A stretch of 64,000 bases of DNA from positions 3,586 to 67,585 of the forward strand of contig CAYMIA010000005.1 in assembly GCA_964390595.1 (NCBI GenBank), in the 5' to 3' direction. The number at the start of each line of letters is the position of its first letter. The first letter of the stretch is position 1. Of this stretch, positions 45,509 to 56,467 are shown in pieces. The stretch comes from an uncultured Gammaproteobacteria bacterium. GTDB lineage: Bacteria; Patescibacteriota; Microgenomatia; Daviesbacterales; UBA10151. The notes under the pieces were generated by a model. That model was given only the letters and a program-made list of their open reading frames with translations, did not search any database and had not been told where the DNA came from. The position numbers were made by a program, and so were the translations under genes.

Positions 45509-48500
45509 ATGTCTGGTGCAGTAGGAGCAACTAATATTTTTAACAACCGTGTTTATTGGGGAAATAATAAATCCTTGCCGCGCGATCTGGATTTAATTGA
45601 ACTTCAAAAACAATCATACAATGCTTTTTTAACCGAGGGTATTGGTGAGGCGATTAAAGAGATCACCCCGGTACTCGACTTTACTGGTAAGAACTGGCAA
45701 TTAGAATTTGGTGAATATTCATTTGGCAATTCCCGGTTAACCCCTGAACAATGTCAATTAAAAGGTGTGTCATATGATGCGCCACTTCGGGTTAAAGTGA
45801 CTTTAACTAATCTACAAACGAGCGAACAGTATTCTCAAGAAGCATTTTTGGGAGATATTCCCATGATGACTGAGAAAGGTACCTTTATTGTAAACGGTAT
45901 CGAGCGGGTTATAATCAACCAAATCGTACGCGCCCCAGGCGCGTTTTTTTCGGCTTCAGATGATCCAATTACTGGGCGGAGACTGTATGGTGGAGAGCTG
46001 CGGCCAGCTCATGGATCTTGGCTGGAGTTTTCAATCTCCCGGTCCGATGTCTTAATGGTTAAGATCGACCGCAAACGGAAGTTTGCTGCGACAACTTTGC
46101 TTAGAGCGATTGGTATGAATGAAGAGGAGATTAAACAGGTGTTTGCTGATGTGGATAACAATCCTGATCATTCATATGTTGATTCAACTTTGGCTAAAGA
46201 TCTAACTAAAGAGACCAATGAAGCACTGCTGGAGATCTTTAGAAAGATGCGGCCAGGAGATCCAGTGGTTTTAGATACAGCTAAATCTTTGTTGGAGAAT
46301 ATGTTTTTTAACTCACGCCGGTATAATCTGACCCGGGTTGGCCGGTTTAAAATTAACAAAAAACTCAACCTAGATATTCCAAACACACCAGAAAATTGGG
46401 TGTTAACTAAGCAAGATATTATTGCGACACTACGCTATTTAATTAACTTGGCTAATGGAGCGGGCGGTAAGATTGATGAAATCGATCACTTGGCTAACAG
46501 ACGGGTCCGTTCAGTTGGGGAATTAGTTTCTCAAAATGCTTTCCGGATTGGATTGCTGCGGTTAGAAAGGGTCATTAAGGAGAGGATGAGCTTACTGTCG
46601 CTCGATCAGGAGATTACAGCGGCTGGGTTAGTTAATGCCCGTCCAGTGATTGCGGCGATTAATGAGTTTTTCAGGTCCTCACAGTTGTCCCAGATTCTAG
46701 ATCAGATCAATCCTTTGGCTGAAGTTGATCATTTAAGACGATTGTCAGTAATGGGAACTGGCGGGATAGCCCGGGATAGAGCAAGTTTTTCAATCCGGGA
46801 TATTCATCACAGCCAGTACGGCCGGATTGATCCAGTCCGTTCACCTGAAGGTCAAAACATTGGTCTGGTAACTTATTTAGCGCTTTTTGCCCGGGTGAAT
46901 GAGTATGGATTTTTGGAGACACCTTACCGGAAGATCGTGCATGACGGAAATAAGCCAAGAGTCACAGATGACATTATTTATTTATCAGCTGATGATGAGG
47001 AGAATATGCACATCACTGAGGCGACTATTGCGATAGATGAAAAAGGTTATATCACTCAAGCGAGAGTGCCAGTCCGTTTTGGAGGTTCGTTCTTTGAGAC
47101 TGAGGCTAAAGAGGTTGATTTGATTGATGTGACGCCCCAACAGATTGTGGGGACTTCGGCTTCTTTGATTCCATTTTTGGCTCATGATGATGCTAACCGG
47201 GCTTTGATGGGTTCACACATGCAATGCCAAGCAGTTCCCTTACTGCTGCCAACTTCCCCACTAGTGGGAACAGGTATGGAAGAGTTGGTGGCCAATAATA
47301 TCGCCCGGATAGTGCGGGCGCCATTTGATGGGACTATCGGTTATGTTGATGGTGACAAAGTAATTTTGGAAGGTAAAGAAGGCAAGCAGGAATTTAAGGT
47401 GACTAAATTTGCTAACTCGCCAATGTCAACTTGCTACTCACAGAAACCAATGGTTGCTAAAGGCCAAAAAATTAAAACTGGGGACTTACTGATTGAGGGA
47501 ACTTCCACTCAAAATGGGGAGTTGGCTTTGGGCCAAAATTTAGTGATCGCTTATATGACTTTTGAAGGACTGGGATATGAGGACGCGATCGTGATTTCTG
47601 ACCGGTTGGTCCATGCTGACCTGCTTTCATCAATTCATATTGAAGAGTATTCCACTGATGTAGTAGAGACCAAACTTGGTCCAGATGAGGTCACTCCGGA
47701 TATTCCAAATGTGGCTGAGGATGCGTTGCGCCACTTGGATGACCGGGGAATTATTCGGATTGGGGCGGAAGTTGGACCAGGAGATATCTTAGTTGGTAAG
47801 GTTCAGCCTAAGGGTGAGACAGAGCTAACAGCTGAAGAGAGACTACTCCGGGCGATCTTTGGTGAAAAAGCAAAAGAGGTCCGGGATACTTCGCTGCGGA
47901 TGCCACATGGTGAGCGGGGAACGGTTATTGGAGTGCAAATTTTATCCCGGGCTGAGGGTGATGATTTGGATGCTGGAACTTTGATGAGAATTAAAGTTAA
48001 GGTAGCCCAGCTGCGAAAGATCACTGCTGGAGATAAATTGGCTGGCCGGCACGGTAACAAAGGGGTAATTTCTAAGATTGTATCGGAGTTTGATATGCCT
48101 CATTTGGAAGATGGAACTCCGGTAGATATTATTATTTCTCCGGTGACGATCTTGTCGCGTATGAATTTAGGGCAGTTGCTTGAGGCTCATTTGGGATTAG
48201 CGGCTGAGAAGTTGGGTTATAAAGTGGCGGCGCCTGTTTTTGAGAAGATCCCGGAATCGATTTTGACAGATCAGTTAGCTGCAGCTGGTTTGCCTTTGAG
48301 TGGGAAATCGAAGCTAATTGATGGCCGGACTGGCGAGTATTTTGATCAGGAGGTAGTGGTGGGCCGGGCTTATTTCTTGAAATTGATTCACATGGTTGAA
48401 GATAAAACTCATGCTAGGTCGACTGGTCCTTACTCACTGGTGACTCAACAGCCTCTGGGTGGAAAAGCTCAGATGGGTGGTCAGAGATTGGGAGAGATGG

Positions 48501-48982
48501 AAGTTTGGGCGCTCGAGGCTTATGGTGCAGCGCATATTTTGCAGGAGATGTTGACTATTAAATCTGATGATGTGGTTGGACGGGCTAAAGCGTTTGAGGC
48601 GATCGTTAAAGGGACTGAGATTCCACAGGCTTTGATTCCAGAATCATTTAAAGTGCTTGGCAAAGAGTTGCAAAGCTTGGGGATTGCGGTGCGGACTTTG
48701 GGTGCAAAAATAGTGACTGCTCCAGTTGATGATACAGCATTGGGTGGACCAGCTCAGATTCCAGCTCCAACTAGTGATGATGACGATACTCCAACAGCTG
48801 AAGAAGCGGCATTTGAAGAAACTCAGCAAGAAGTAGCTGATGCGAGTGAGGCGCTTGAGGTTAGTCAAGAGCTAGCTGCTGAGGATTTGGGTGGAGTAGA
48901 GATAATGGATACTCTCGCTGAAGCTGAGGTAGAAGAACCACCTGAAGATGAACTCAAAAAGATTGAACAAGGAGAGGAGTAA
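45509..48982 (+). CDS. rpoB: DNA-directed RNA polymerase beta subunit
   Basis: conserved rpoB blocks (FGEYSFGN..., RMNLGQLLE, GGQRLGEMEVWALEAYGAAHILQEML); acidic C-terminal tail. Confidence 0.9.
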   Translation: MSGAVGATNIFNNRVYWGNNKSLPRDLDLIELQKQSYNAFLTEGIGEAIKEITPVLDFTGKNWQLEFGEYSFGNSRLTPEQCQLKGVSYDAPLRVKVTLTNLQTSEQYSQEAFLGDIPMMTEKGTFIVNGIERVIINQIVRAPGAFFSASDDPITGRRLYGGELRPAHGSWLEFSISRSDVLMVKIDRKRKFAATTLLRAIGMNEEEIKQVFADVDNNPDHSYVDSTLAKDLTKETNEALLEIFRKMRPGDPVVLDTAKSLLENMFFNSRRYNLTRVGRFKINKKLNLDIPNTPENWVLTKQDIIATLRYLINLANGAGGKIDEIDHLANRRVRSVGELVSQNAFRIGLLRLERVIKERMSLLSLDQEITAAGLVNARPVIAAINEFFRSSQLSQILDQINPLAEVDHLRRLSVMGTGGIARDRASFSIRDIHHSQYGRIDPVRSPEGQNIGLVTYLALFARVNEYGFLETPYRKIVHDGNKPRVTDDIIYLSADDEENMHITEATIAIDEKGYITQARVPVRFGGSFFETEAKEVDLIDVTPQQIVGTSASLIPFLAHDDANRALMGSHMQCQAVPLLLPTSPLVGTGMEELVANNIARIVRAPFDGTIGYVDGDKVILEGKEGKQEFKVTKFANSPMSTCYSQKPMVAKGQKIKTGDLLIEGTSTQNGELALGQNLVIAYMTFEGLGYEDAIVISDRLVHADLLSSIHIEEYSTDVVETKLGPDEVTPDIPNVAEDALRHLDDRGIIRIGAEVGPGDILVGKVQPKGETELTAEERLLRAIFGEKAKEVRDTSLRMPHGERGTVIGVQILSRAEGDDLDAGTLMRIKVKVAQLRKITAGDKLAGRHGNKGVISKIVSEFDMPHLEDGTPVDIIISPVTILSRMNLGQLLEAHLGLAAEKLGYKVAAPVFEKIPESILTDQLAAAGLPLSGKSKLIDGRTGEYFDQEVVVGRAYFLKLIHMVEDKTHARSTGPYSLVTQQPLGGKAQMGGQRLGEMEVWALEAYGAAHILQEMLTIKSDDVVGRAKAFEAIVKGTEIPQALIPESFKVLGKELQSLGIAVRTLGAKIVTAPVDDTALGGPAQIPAPTSDDDDTPTAEEAAFEETQQEVADASEALEVSQELAAEDLGGVEIMDTLAEAEVEEPPEDELKKIEQGEE

Positions 48983-48991
48983 TTAAAAATT

Positions 48992-51900
48992 ATGAACGAT
49001 TTAATTGATTTCGAAGCCTTAGAAGTAGCGATTGCGAGCCCAGAGATGATCCGGGGTTGGAGTTTTGGTGAGGTGACCAAGCCAGAAACGATTAATTACC
49101 GGACTCTCAAGGCTGAAAAAGATGGACTTTTTTCCGAGAATATCTTTGGACCAACTAAAGATTTTGAATGTTACTGTGGAAAATACAAAAGAATCCGTTA
49201 CCGTGGTGTGATCTGCGATAAATGTGGTGTGGAAGTGACTCAATCCAAGGTCCGCCGTGAGAGGATGGGGCATATCTCTTTGGCTGCTCCAGTGGCCCAT
49301 ACCTGGTATGTTAAAGGTGCACCAAGCAAGTTGTCTTTGATTCTCGATTTAACTATGAAGAATCTGGAAGCGGTCATCTACTTTGCATCCTTTCTGGTAA
49401 CTGAAGCTGACGATGAGGGCAAAAAGCAGGCATTTGAAAAGTTGACAAAAGACTTGGAAGAGAAAAAAGAGGCTCATAAAAGGATAGTGGAAGAGGTTGT
49501 TGAGGTCAAGGAAAAAGAGATTCAAAAAGAGCTCGAGGGCTTAAAGAAAAATACTAAAGATAATGACAAATTTGAGATGGCTGCCTCAGATTTGCAGCTT
49601 AAGAGCAGACAAGAGATTGCTAAGATGCGGGAGCAAAATGCCAAAGAGTTGGCTCAAATCGAGGAGATTTATAATGCAGTTTCTGGTTTGGTAAAAAGTG
49701 TGACCGCTTTAAAGCTGTTGTCCGAGGAAGAGTACTATAAGCTAGAAGAGTATGGAGTGGCTGATTTTGTAAAGGTGGGTATGGGCGCGGAAGCGCTGCT
49801 CGAGGTTTTGAAAAAGATTGATTTAGATAAACTAGCCTCATTTTTGAGAGAAGAGGTGGCTAAATCTTCTGGCCAGAGGCATATTAAAGCAACCAAAAGA
49901 CTGCGGTTGGTGGAAGGGATGAGAGGGGCGAAGATCGATCCAGCCTGGATGATAGTTAGCGTTTTGCCTGTTTTGCCTCCTGATTTACGCCCAATGGTGC
50001 AGCTGCCTGGAGGAAGATTTGCAACTTCGGACTTAAATGATTTGTACAGACGGGTGATTAACCGGAATAACCGGTTAAAGAGGTTAATTGATCTGGGGGC
50101 ACCAGAGATTATCTTGAGAAATGAAAAAAGAATGCTGCAAGAAGCAGTTGATTCATTAATTGATTCTTCAGGACGGACTTCCAGACGGGGTGGAGCTGGT
50201 GGACATCAGCTCAGATCTTTATCTGATATGCTTCGGGGTAAACAGGGCCGGTTTAGGCAGAATCTATTGGGAAAAAGAGTCGATTATTCAGGGCGGTCAG
50301 TTATTATCGTTGGTCCGAAACTGAAGCTAAACCAGGTTGGCTTGCCAAAAGAGATGGCTTTGGAGATCTTTAAGCCATTTGTTTTGCGGGAGATGATGAC
50401 CCGGGGGATTGCTTCAAATGTAAAAGGAGCTAAGAATGTGTTGGAGCTTCGTCCGCCTGAGGTTTGGGATATTTTGGAAGAGGTGATTGAGGGACATCCG
50501 ATTTTGATTAACCGGGCACCAACTTTGCACCGGTTAGGTATTCAGGCTTTTTATCCAATTTTGATCGATGGCAACGCGATTCAAATCCATCCATGTATTT
50601 GTGCTGGATTTAATGCAGACTTTGATGGTGATCAGATGGCGATACATGTGCCTCTCAGCAAACGGGCGATTGAAGAGGCGCAAACTTTGATGATGGCTAA
50701 GGAGAACTTGCTTTTGGGTTCCGATGGTTCACCAGTGAACATTCCTAATCGTGAGATGGCTCTGGGAACTTATTATGTGACTTCAATTAATCAAAATATT
50801 GTACCCTTGGATAAAGTTTTAGACAAACAAGAGGCGGTTTTGGCCTACCAAGTGGGTAAATTGAACCTGAGGCAACTGTTTAAGTGCCGGATGGAGAGTG
50901 GTGAAACGCTCGATACAACTGTTGGAAGGTTACTGTTTAATAGCTTCTTGCCTGAGGAGCTAAGGTACGTTAACGAAGCAGTCCGGGGTGGTGGGATTAA
51001 AGAGATTATTATGAAGGCGTTTAAGAGATTTGACCGGGATGCGGTCGCTAAATTGGTTGATGATATTAAACAGTTTGGTTTTTGGGGATCAACTGTATCT
51101 GGGTTGTCACTGGCTATTTCCGATAACAAGATAATCCCGGAGAAGGGTCAAATGATTGCGGATGGTGATAAAGAGATTTCGGAGATTGAAGATAATCTTA
51201 AGAAAGGTTTAATCACCAATGAGGAAAAGCGGGCTTTGGCTCAAGAGGTTTGGACTAGAATTGGTGAGGAGATCGCGAGGAGAACATTTGCCTCTATTGA
51301 GCCGGATAATCCGATTCAGGTGATCATTCAATCTGGGGGAGCCCGGGCGACATCAGAGCAGATCAAGCAGGTTTCGGGAATGAGAGGATTTTCAGTTGAC
51401 GCGACGGGCCGGATTGTGGAGTTGCCAACTAAGTCTAATTACCGTGAAGGCTTGGGAGTGTTTGAATACTTTACATCCTGCCGCGGAGCTAGAAAAGGGG
51501 TGGCCGACCGGGCTATCCGAACGGCTGATGCTGGATATTTGACCAGACGTTTAGTTGATGTCTCACATGATGTAATTATCCGAAGAGAAGATTGCGGGAC
51601 TCAAAATGGCTTGACGCTACCAGTTAGCAAAGAGAATTTTAGCTCTAATATCGCCAGATTCTTGGGTAGAAAACTGTTGCAAAAGATCGTTGATCCCAAA
51701 ACCAAAACGACGATCGCAGGTGTTGGTGAGCACGTTGAAGAAGATCAAATTCAAGCGATCGTTAAGGGTGAGGTAGAAGAGATCACTGTCAGGTCACCGT
51801 TGACTTGTGAGGCTAAATTCGGAATTTGTGCTGCGTGTTATGGACTTGATCTATCAACTAGAAAACCAGTCGCACTTGGAGTGCCAGTTGGAGTAATTGC

Positions 51901-52699
51901 CGCTCAATCCATCGGTGAGCCTGGAACACAGTTGACTATGCGGACTTTCCACACTGGTGGAGTTGTGGGTGTGGATATTACTCAGGGTTTGCCTCGAGTA
52001 GAAGAGCTTTTTGAGGCGAGAACTCCAAAAACAACGGCTTCGATCTCTGAGATCGCTGGTAAAGTGACTATTTCTGAAACACCTGACGGGCGGGTAATTC
52101 GAGTTAGGACAACGACTAAGCCACATGAAGAAAGAGAATATTTGGTACCTATGGCAAGCACCTTGCAAGTTGAAGAGGGTGATTTGATCGCGGCAGGTAC
52201 ACCACTATCCTTGGGTCATTTGGATATAAAAGAGGTTTTGCGAATCAAAGGTCTTAGAGAAGCGCAGCGCTACATCGTTGATGAAGTACGCAAAGTTTAT
52301 GAAAGCCAAGGCCGGCCAATTAATGAAAAGCATTTTGAGGTGATTGTGCGCAAGATGTCTGATAAGGTTCGGGTTGAGAGTCAGGGCGATACAGCGCTGT
52401 TGCCTGGTGAGATTATTGATAGAAATAGATTTGAGGATGAGAATACTAAAATCTTGGCTGAAGGTGGAGATCCATCAACAGCTGGAGTGGTGGTTTTGGG
52501 TATTACTAGAGCATCTTTGCAAACAAGTAGCTTCTTGTCGGCGGCTTCCTTCCAGGAAACCACGACAGTTTTGGCGGACGCGGCTGCCTCTGGGGCAGTT
52601 GATCATTTGATTGGGTTGAAAGAAAATGTTATCATTGGCCGGCTGATTCCAACCAGTCCAGACCGGGTGATCGAGGGCGAACTGCCAGAAGCAGCATAA
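48992..52699 (+). CDS. rpoC: DNA-directed RNA polymerase beta' subunit
   Basis: zinc finger [37 protein letters not shown] catalytic motif, 10-nt gap after rpoB. Confidence 0.9.
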   Translation: MNDLIDFEALEVAIASPEMIRGWSFGEVTKPETINYRTLKAEKDGLFSENIFGPTKDFECYCGKYKRIRYRGVICDKCGVEVTQSKVRRERMGHISLAAPVAHTWYVKGAPSKLSLILDLTMKNLEAVIYFASFLVTEADDEGKKQAFEKLTKDLEEKKEAHKRIVEEVVEVKEKEIQKELEGLKKNTKDNDKFEMAASDLQLKSRQEIAKMREQNAKELAQIEEIYNAVSGLVKSVTALKLLSEEEYYKLEEYGVADFVKVGMGAEALLEVLKKIDLDKLASFLREEVAKSSGQRHIKATKRLRLVEGMRGAKIDPAWMIVSVLPVLPPDLRPMVQLPGGRFATSDLNDLYRRVINRNNRLKRLIDLGAPEIILRNEKRMLQEAVDSLIDSSGRTSRRGGAGGHQLRSLSDMLRGKQGRFRQNLLGKRVDYSGRSVIIVGPKLKLNQVGLPKEMALEIFKPFVLREMMTRGIASNVKGAKNVLELRPPEVWDILEEVIEGHPILINRAPTLHRLGIQAFYPILIDGNAIQIHPCICAGFNADFDGDQMAIHVPLSKRAIEEAQTLMMAKENLLLGSDGSPVNIPNREMALGTYYVTSINQNIVPLDKVLDKQEAVLAYQVGKLNLRQLFKCRMESGETLDTTVGRLLFNSFLPEELRYVNEAVRGGGIKEIIMKAFKRFDRDAVAKLVDDIKQFGFWGSTVSGLSLAISDNKIIPEKGQMIADGDKEISEIEDNLKKGLITNEEKRALAQEVWTRIGEEIARRTFASIEPDNPIQVIIQSGGARATSEQIKQVSGMRGFSVDATGRIVELPTKSNYREGLGVFEYFTSCRGARKGVADRAIRTADAGYLTRRLVDVSHDVIIRREDCGTQNGLTLPVSKENFSSNIARFLGRKLLQKIVDPKTKTTIAGVGEHVEEDQIQAIVKGEVEEITVRSPLTCEAKFGICAACYGLDLSTRKPVALGVPVGVIAAQSIGEPGTQLTMRTFHTGGVVGVDITQGLPRVEELFEARTPKTTASISEIAGKVTISETPDGRVIRVRTTTKPHEEREYLVPMASTLQVEEGDLIAAGTPLSLGHLDIKEVLRIKGLREAQRYIVDEVRKVYESQGRPINEKHFEVIVRKMSDKVRVESQGDTALLPGEIIDRNRFEDENTKILAEGGDPSTAGVVVLGITRASLQTSSFLSAASFQETTTVLADAAASGAVDHLIGLKENVIIGRLIPTSPDRVIEGELPEAA

Positions 52700-52702
52700 G
52701 TT

Positions 52703-53143
52703 ATGCCAACAATTAATCAATTAGTTAAAAATGGTCGGGCACGAAGAGTTAAAAAGATCCGGGGAACGGCTCTGCGGAGATCTTACAACGCTAAAGACCG
52801 AGTTTATGATACTAACTTTAACCCACAAAAACGGGGGGTGGTGACTTTGGTCCGGACGATGACACCTAAGAAACCAAATTCAGCTTTGCGGAAGGTAGCT
52901 AGGGTCAGACTGTCTAATAAAACTGAGGTGACAGCTTATATTCAGGGTGAAGGTCATGATTTAGCTGAGCATGGAATTGTGCTAGTACGTGGTGGGAGAG
53001 TGAAAGATTTAGTTGGGGTAAAATATCATTTGATCCGTGGTAAATTGGACTTGGGTGGAGTTAAGAACCGTAAGAAATCCCGGAGTAAGTATGGTACAAA
53101 AAGAGCTTCAGGAGGAGCTAAAGCAGCTGCAGCTGCTGCATAA
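52703..53143 (+). CDS. rpsL: 30S ribosomal protein S12
   Basis: [12 protein letters not shown]...[18 protein letters not shown], Ala-rich C-terminal extension. Confidence 0.9.
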   Translation: MPTINQLVKNGRARRVKKIRGTALRRSYNAKDRVYDTNFNPQKRGVVTLVRTMTPKKPNSALRKVARVRLSNKTEVTAYIQGEGHDLAEHGIVLVRGGRVKDLVGVKYHLIRGKLDLGGVKNRKKSRSKYGTKRASGGAKAAAAAA

Positions 53144-53147
53144 ATAA

Positions 53148-53624
53148 ATGAGAGCAGGTAAAGTTAAGAGACGAATTCTGGACCCAGATCCAATTTATAA
53201 TTCTAGGCTCGTGACCAGGTTTATTAACCGGGTGATGCAAGATGGTAAAAAATCAGTGGCTCAAAGGATAGTTTACAAAGCTTTTGAAGAGATTGAAAAG
53301 CAAACTGGCAAAAATCCAGTGACTGTTTTTGATGGAGCGATTGCGAACGCTTCCCCAAAGATGGAGGTTAGACCAAGAAGGGTAGGTGGAGCTTCTTATC
53401 AAGTACCTGTTGAGGTTAGAGGAGATAGAAGAGAGGCCTTGGCGATTAGATGGTTGATTGCTGGAGCGCAAGCTAAATCTAATAAAGAGTTTAAAAGCTT
53501 TTCTAATAAGTTAGCTCAAGAGCTAATTGATGCAGCTAATGGGCAGGGTGTAGCGATTAAGAAAAAAGATGATGTGCTAAGAATGGCAGAAGCAAATAAG
53601 GCTTTTTCGCATTTCCGCTGGTAA
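53148..53624 (+). CDS. rpsG: 30S ribosomal protein S7
   Basis: PDPIYNSRLVTRFINRVMQDGKKSVAQRIVY..., ends ...AFSHFRW. Confidence 0.9.
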   Translation: MRAGKVKRRILDPDPIYNSRLVTRFINRVMQDGKKSVAQRIVYKAFEEIEKQTGKNPVTVFDGAIANASPKMEVRPRRVGGASYQVPVEVRGDRREALAIRWLIAGAQAKSNKEFKSFSNKLAQELIDAANGQGVAIKKKDDVLRMAEANKAFSHFRW

Positions 53625-53635
53625 GTTTAAACACC

Positions 53636-53740
53636 AAGGCCTGGCCTTGCGTGCGTGATTGAGCTCTTCGAGTCCGAGTGACCTCAGAGTCGAGGACTTG
53701 CAAGGTCTCACCCTGTTGAAACTAAATTGAAAACTTGACT
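53636..53740 (+). repeat. intergenic hairpin repeat R1 (core 53651-53712 identical to 63693-63754), with imperfect 13-bp hairpin CTTCGAGTCCGAG-TGAC-CTCAGAGTCGAGG and outer CCTTGC/GCAAGG stem
   Basis: 62-nt exact identity with second copy 10 kb downstream, plus ~20 nt of similar 3' tail ending in TTGACT. Confidence 0.6.
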
Positions 53741-53762
53741 GGGGGAGGTTTGCGGGTATAAT
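53735..53762 (+). promoter_or_regulatory. sigma70-like promoter TTGACT-16 nt-TATAAT, driving the gene block inserted between rpsG and fusA
   Basis: consensus hexamers 7 nt upstream of ORF 53769; the -35 lies inside repeat R1. Confidence 0.4.
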
Positions 53763-53768
53763 CATGTT

Positions 53769-54173
53769 ATGGCAGATAGAGAGCCGATTATTCCCAGACT
53801 AGAAGAGCAATTCCCTGATGAGAATTTGGCGAGTGCAGCAGTTAGGGAGATTAAAGATCCAGAGGGGATGTTTCAATTTATAGGGGAGTATGTTTCAAAA
53901 ATGGTTAGGGATGATGATTTTGCCGAAGAGTATGCCTCTGATATTGCCCATGAGAATATTGGGTATTTTTTAGGTTCATATGATGAGGAAACTGCCAGAG
54001 CCTGGTTTGCTGCATTACCAGATCTAAAACATCCATATTTTGATAGAGAAGTAGTTATTGATTTGGATGAGGTTAGGGAAAGAGGTAGGTTGAATGGGAT
54101 TAAGGCAGAGAGGATGAGAAAGTTGGCAGCAAGGGGCTTTCGAATAATTGAGGGAGGTAAGTCAGATTCGTGA
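53769..54173 (+). CDS. hypothetical protein
   Basis: ORF only. Confidence 0.4.
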   Translation: MADREPIIPRLEEQFPDENLASAAVREIKDPEGMFQFIGEYVSKMVRDDDFAEEYASDIAHENIGYFLGSYDEETARAWFAALPDLKHPYFDREVVIDLDEVRERGRLNGIKAERMRKLAARGFRIIEGGKSDS

Positions 54174-54335
54174 AAGAATATTTATTCAAATGGTTAAAAG
54201 AAGATAAGTTGGCGTTAGAAGCAGGGATAGGATTGACTGCAGTACTTTATAGGTCTTTGCTTTATTCCCGGTTTGGAACTAGAGAGAATTTTAATAGAAC
54301 AGTTTTTGGGTGGAGAAGAGGGTGGAGGATGATGT

Positions 54336-54806
54336 TTGGCGATGTCTAAAAAGATTACCCTGGCAGTTTTAGCTTTAATTATTCTGGCAGTTTTGGTTTT
54401 TTTGTACACCCGTTTGCCCAATGATGATTCAATGGCTTTAAAAACATCTCCTAAGCCTTCAACAACTTCAGCTTCTTCTTCAGCCCAACTGAAAATCGAA
54501 GATACTAAACAAGGTTCAGGCGTAGCTGTTAAATCTGGAGACACTGTAGTGATGAATTATACTGGAACTTTGGAGGATGGGACTAAATTTGATAGTAGTT
54601 TAGACAGGGGTCAGCCTTTTGAAACCAAAATTGGGACAGGTGAGGTGATTAAGGGTTGGGATCAGGGAATTCCAGGAATGAAGGTTGGTGGGAAGAGGAG
54701 GTTAACTATTCCTCCTGAGCTGGGATATGGAGCTGAGGGTTCGCCACCAAAAATTCCACCCAATTCAACTTTGATCTTTGATGTTGAACTTTTACAGATA
54801 AAGTAA
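54336..54806 (+). CDS. FKBP-type peptidyl-prolyl cis-trans isomerase, signal-anchored
   Basis: [21 protein letters not shown]...[38 protein letters not shown]...LIFDVELL. Confidence 0.75.
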   Translation: MAMSKKITLAVLALIILAVLVFLYTRLPNDDSMALKTSPKPSTTSASSSAQLKIEDTKQGSGVAVKSGDTVVMNYTGTLEDGTKFDSSLDRGQPFETKIGTGEVIKGWDQGIPGMKVGGKRRLTIPPELGYGAEGSPPKIPPNSTLIFDVELLQIK

Positions 54807-54818
54807 TAACCTTAACGT

Positions 54819-55202
54819 ATGTTTGATGAAAGCAATGAGATTGGTAAAACTCCCGAGTTAGTGGACAGAGAGAAAAAGCTGGGCCGGATTCACAATTTAA
54901 AGGGCAGACTCGAGCAGTTTGTGGCGGGAAAAGGGATTCCTAAAGAGGGTGCGGATTTGGCAGATTTTGAAGTGATAGCAGCTGATTATAAAGACTTGAG
55001 TGGAGTGTCGGAGGATGATGCAAAGACCATCTTGCAAGCGGGTTTGGATTTAAGAGAGGCAGAAAAAAAATATAATGAAGCTCCAGAGGGTGATGGGAAA
55101 GACCGTTTAAGAAGAGATTTGGAAAGGTTGAAAGTAGTGGAGCCAGGTTTGAAAGAAATTGAACGGGGAATGATTGAAGATAAATTAAAACAGGCTGATT
55201 AA
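54819..55202 (+). CDS. hypothetical charged protein
   Basis: ORF only. Confidence 0.35.
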   Translation: MFDESNEIGKTPELVDREKKLGRIHNLKGRLEQFVAGKGIPKEGADLADFEVIAADYKDLSGVSEDDAKTILQAGLDLREAEKKYNEAPEGDGKDRLRRDLERLKVVEPGLKEIERGMIEDKLKQAD

Positions 55203-55264
55203 CTCTTGCTAGATTATTACTAAATTCTAGGCTTATTCTCAATCTTTTCTACTAATATGGGACT

Positions 55265-55474
55265 ATGGATAGTTCTATGGTGACTACTTTTGATTGGAGG
55301 TGGCTTTTGCCACTGGTGGTATTACCGGTAGTGGTTTTACTGTTTTGGCCAGTAGAGAAAAACCGGGACCGGATTGAATATGATTATGGTAAGGGAGTAA
55401 TTTATCATGATATTAACCCCAAGAAAAAAAAGAAGTTTATCCGCCGGAACCGCCTAAATAGAAAAACGCCTTAA
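55265..55474 (+). CDS. small membrane protein with basic C-terminal tail
   Basis: TM WRWLLPLVVLPVVVLLFW; KKKKKFIRRNRLNRK tail. Confidence 0.3.
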   Translation: MDSSMVTTFDWRWLLPLVVLPVVVLLFWPVEKNRDRIEYDYGKGVIYHDINPKKKKKFIRRNRLNRKTP

Positions 55475-55552
55475 TCTTACCTTTTCCTTACCCAACCTTT
55501 CTTTTTATCTTACTTTGTTTGGTTACGATAATTAAGGAATTATCAAAAAGAA

Positions 55553-55580
55553 GGCGAGAAGACGGACTCGCCTTTTTTTA
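55553..55580 (+). terminator. intrinsic terminator GGCGAG-AAGACGGA-CTCGCC + TTTTTTT
   Basis: perfect 6-bp GC-rich stem, 8-nt loop, T7 run. Confidence 0.75.
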
Positions 55581-55589
55581 TGCTAGAAT

Positions 55590-56330
55590 TTGGTAATGCC
55601 CTATTTTAGGAGTTCCAACCAGCTTGGGTTTGCGCCACTTTTTATTGTGCTTATTGTAGGTTCAATAGTTTTGGCTGGTGGTTTAATCTTTTATTTTAGC
55701 CGCAGCTCTAGTTCAGCTTTGGTGAGTAAACCTGGCGAGGCAGTCTCCACTCCAATGGAGGTGCCTCATGAACTGCCTTCTATTTCTCCTGGGGCATCAG
55801 TTGGGCCTCTTCCTTCAGGATGTGGCAAAGATTGTCAGGCTTATATTGACCTCCGGTTAGATACAGTTAAAAAAGATCTGCTAAAACAATTATCAGCTAG
55901 CGCCTTACCTTCCTCAACTGCAGTGGTGGGGACCCCTATTCCTCAAGCCTCTGCTGCAGTCTCTGCTCCCAAGGAGTATTACATTAGTTTGGGGGGAGGG
56001 GCTTCCACAACCTCAACTGCTTTTGTGGATATTCAAGGATCAGATTTTAAATTTGATCCAGGAAATTATCCAGGAGCGAGGGCTTTTTATTTTCAAGCCA
56101 TTTTAGTTTCAGATGCGCCTGACAAAGAGACTTTTGCTAGGCTTTATGATATCACTCACAACGTGGGGATTATTAATTCAGATATAAAATACAAAGGACT
56201 CAGCCCATCTTTGACTGAATCTGGGGCTTTGAACTTTTTTGCTGGAGTTCTGACTTTAAGAGTGCAAGTCCATGGGTTGGATATTAATTCAGCTTCAGTT
56301 TTAAATCCAAGAATTAAAGTAGTTTATTAA
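55590..56330 (+). CDS. signal-anchored secreted hypothetical protein
   Basis: N-terminal TM, Ser/Ala-rich linkers. Confidence 0.4.
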   Translation: MVMPYFRSSNQLGFAPLFIVLIVGSIVLAGGLIFYFSRSSSSALVSKPGEAVSTPMEVPHELPSISPGASVGPLPSGCGKDCQAYIDLRLDTVKKDLLKQLSASALPSSTAVVGTPIPQASAAVSAPKEYYISLGGGASTTSTAFVDIQGSDFKFDPGNYPGARAFYFQAILVSDAPDKETFARLYDITHNVGIINSDIKYKGLSPSLTESGALNFFAGVLTLRVQVHGLDINSASVLNPRIKVVY

Positions 56331-56432
56331 ACTTCCAGATAATGTTGGCAAATGTTTTTGGGAGGCTTTATGATGTTGATATCAGTATTGTGACAATTGT
56401 TAATCCAAGGATGAAAAATTTCTTATTAAATT

Positions 56433-56461
56433 TTGACAATCCTTTTTAATCTAATTATGAT
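56433..56461 (+). promoter_or_regulatory. sigma70-like promoter TTGACA-17 nt-TATGAT upstream of 56468
   Basis: hexamers and spacing. Confidence 0.35.
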
Positions 56462-56467
56462 TAGCGC

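Noticed and set aside
45355-45546. 63-aa minus-strand ORF overlapping the rpoB promoter and start
   Set aside because: It overlaps a strong plus-strand promoter and the rpoB 5' end; there is no RBS and the composition is AT-rich noise.
45600-53500. Numerous 60-100-aa ORFs antisense to or frame-shifted within rpoB, rpoC, rpsG and fusA (e.g. 46168-46386, 49019-49300, 50845-51129, 51854-52168, 61666-61908)
   Set aside because: They are embedded in highly conserved essential genes whose own frames are unambiguous, so they are frame artefacts.
53661-53700. TTCGAGTCC motif in repeats R1/R2 resembles a tRNA T-loop; considered a tRNA or tRNA-derived fragment
   Set aside because: No complementary T-stem, acceptor stem, anticodon arm or CCA could be drawn around it; the motif is part of a simple long hairpin instead.
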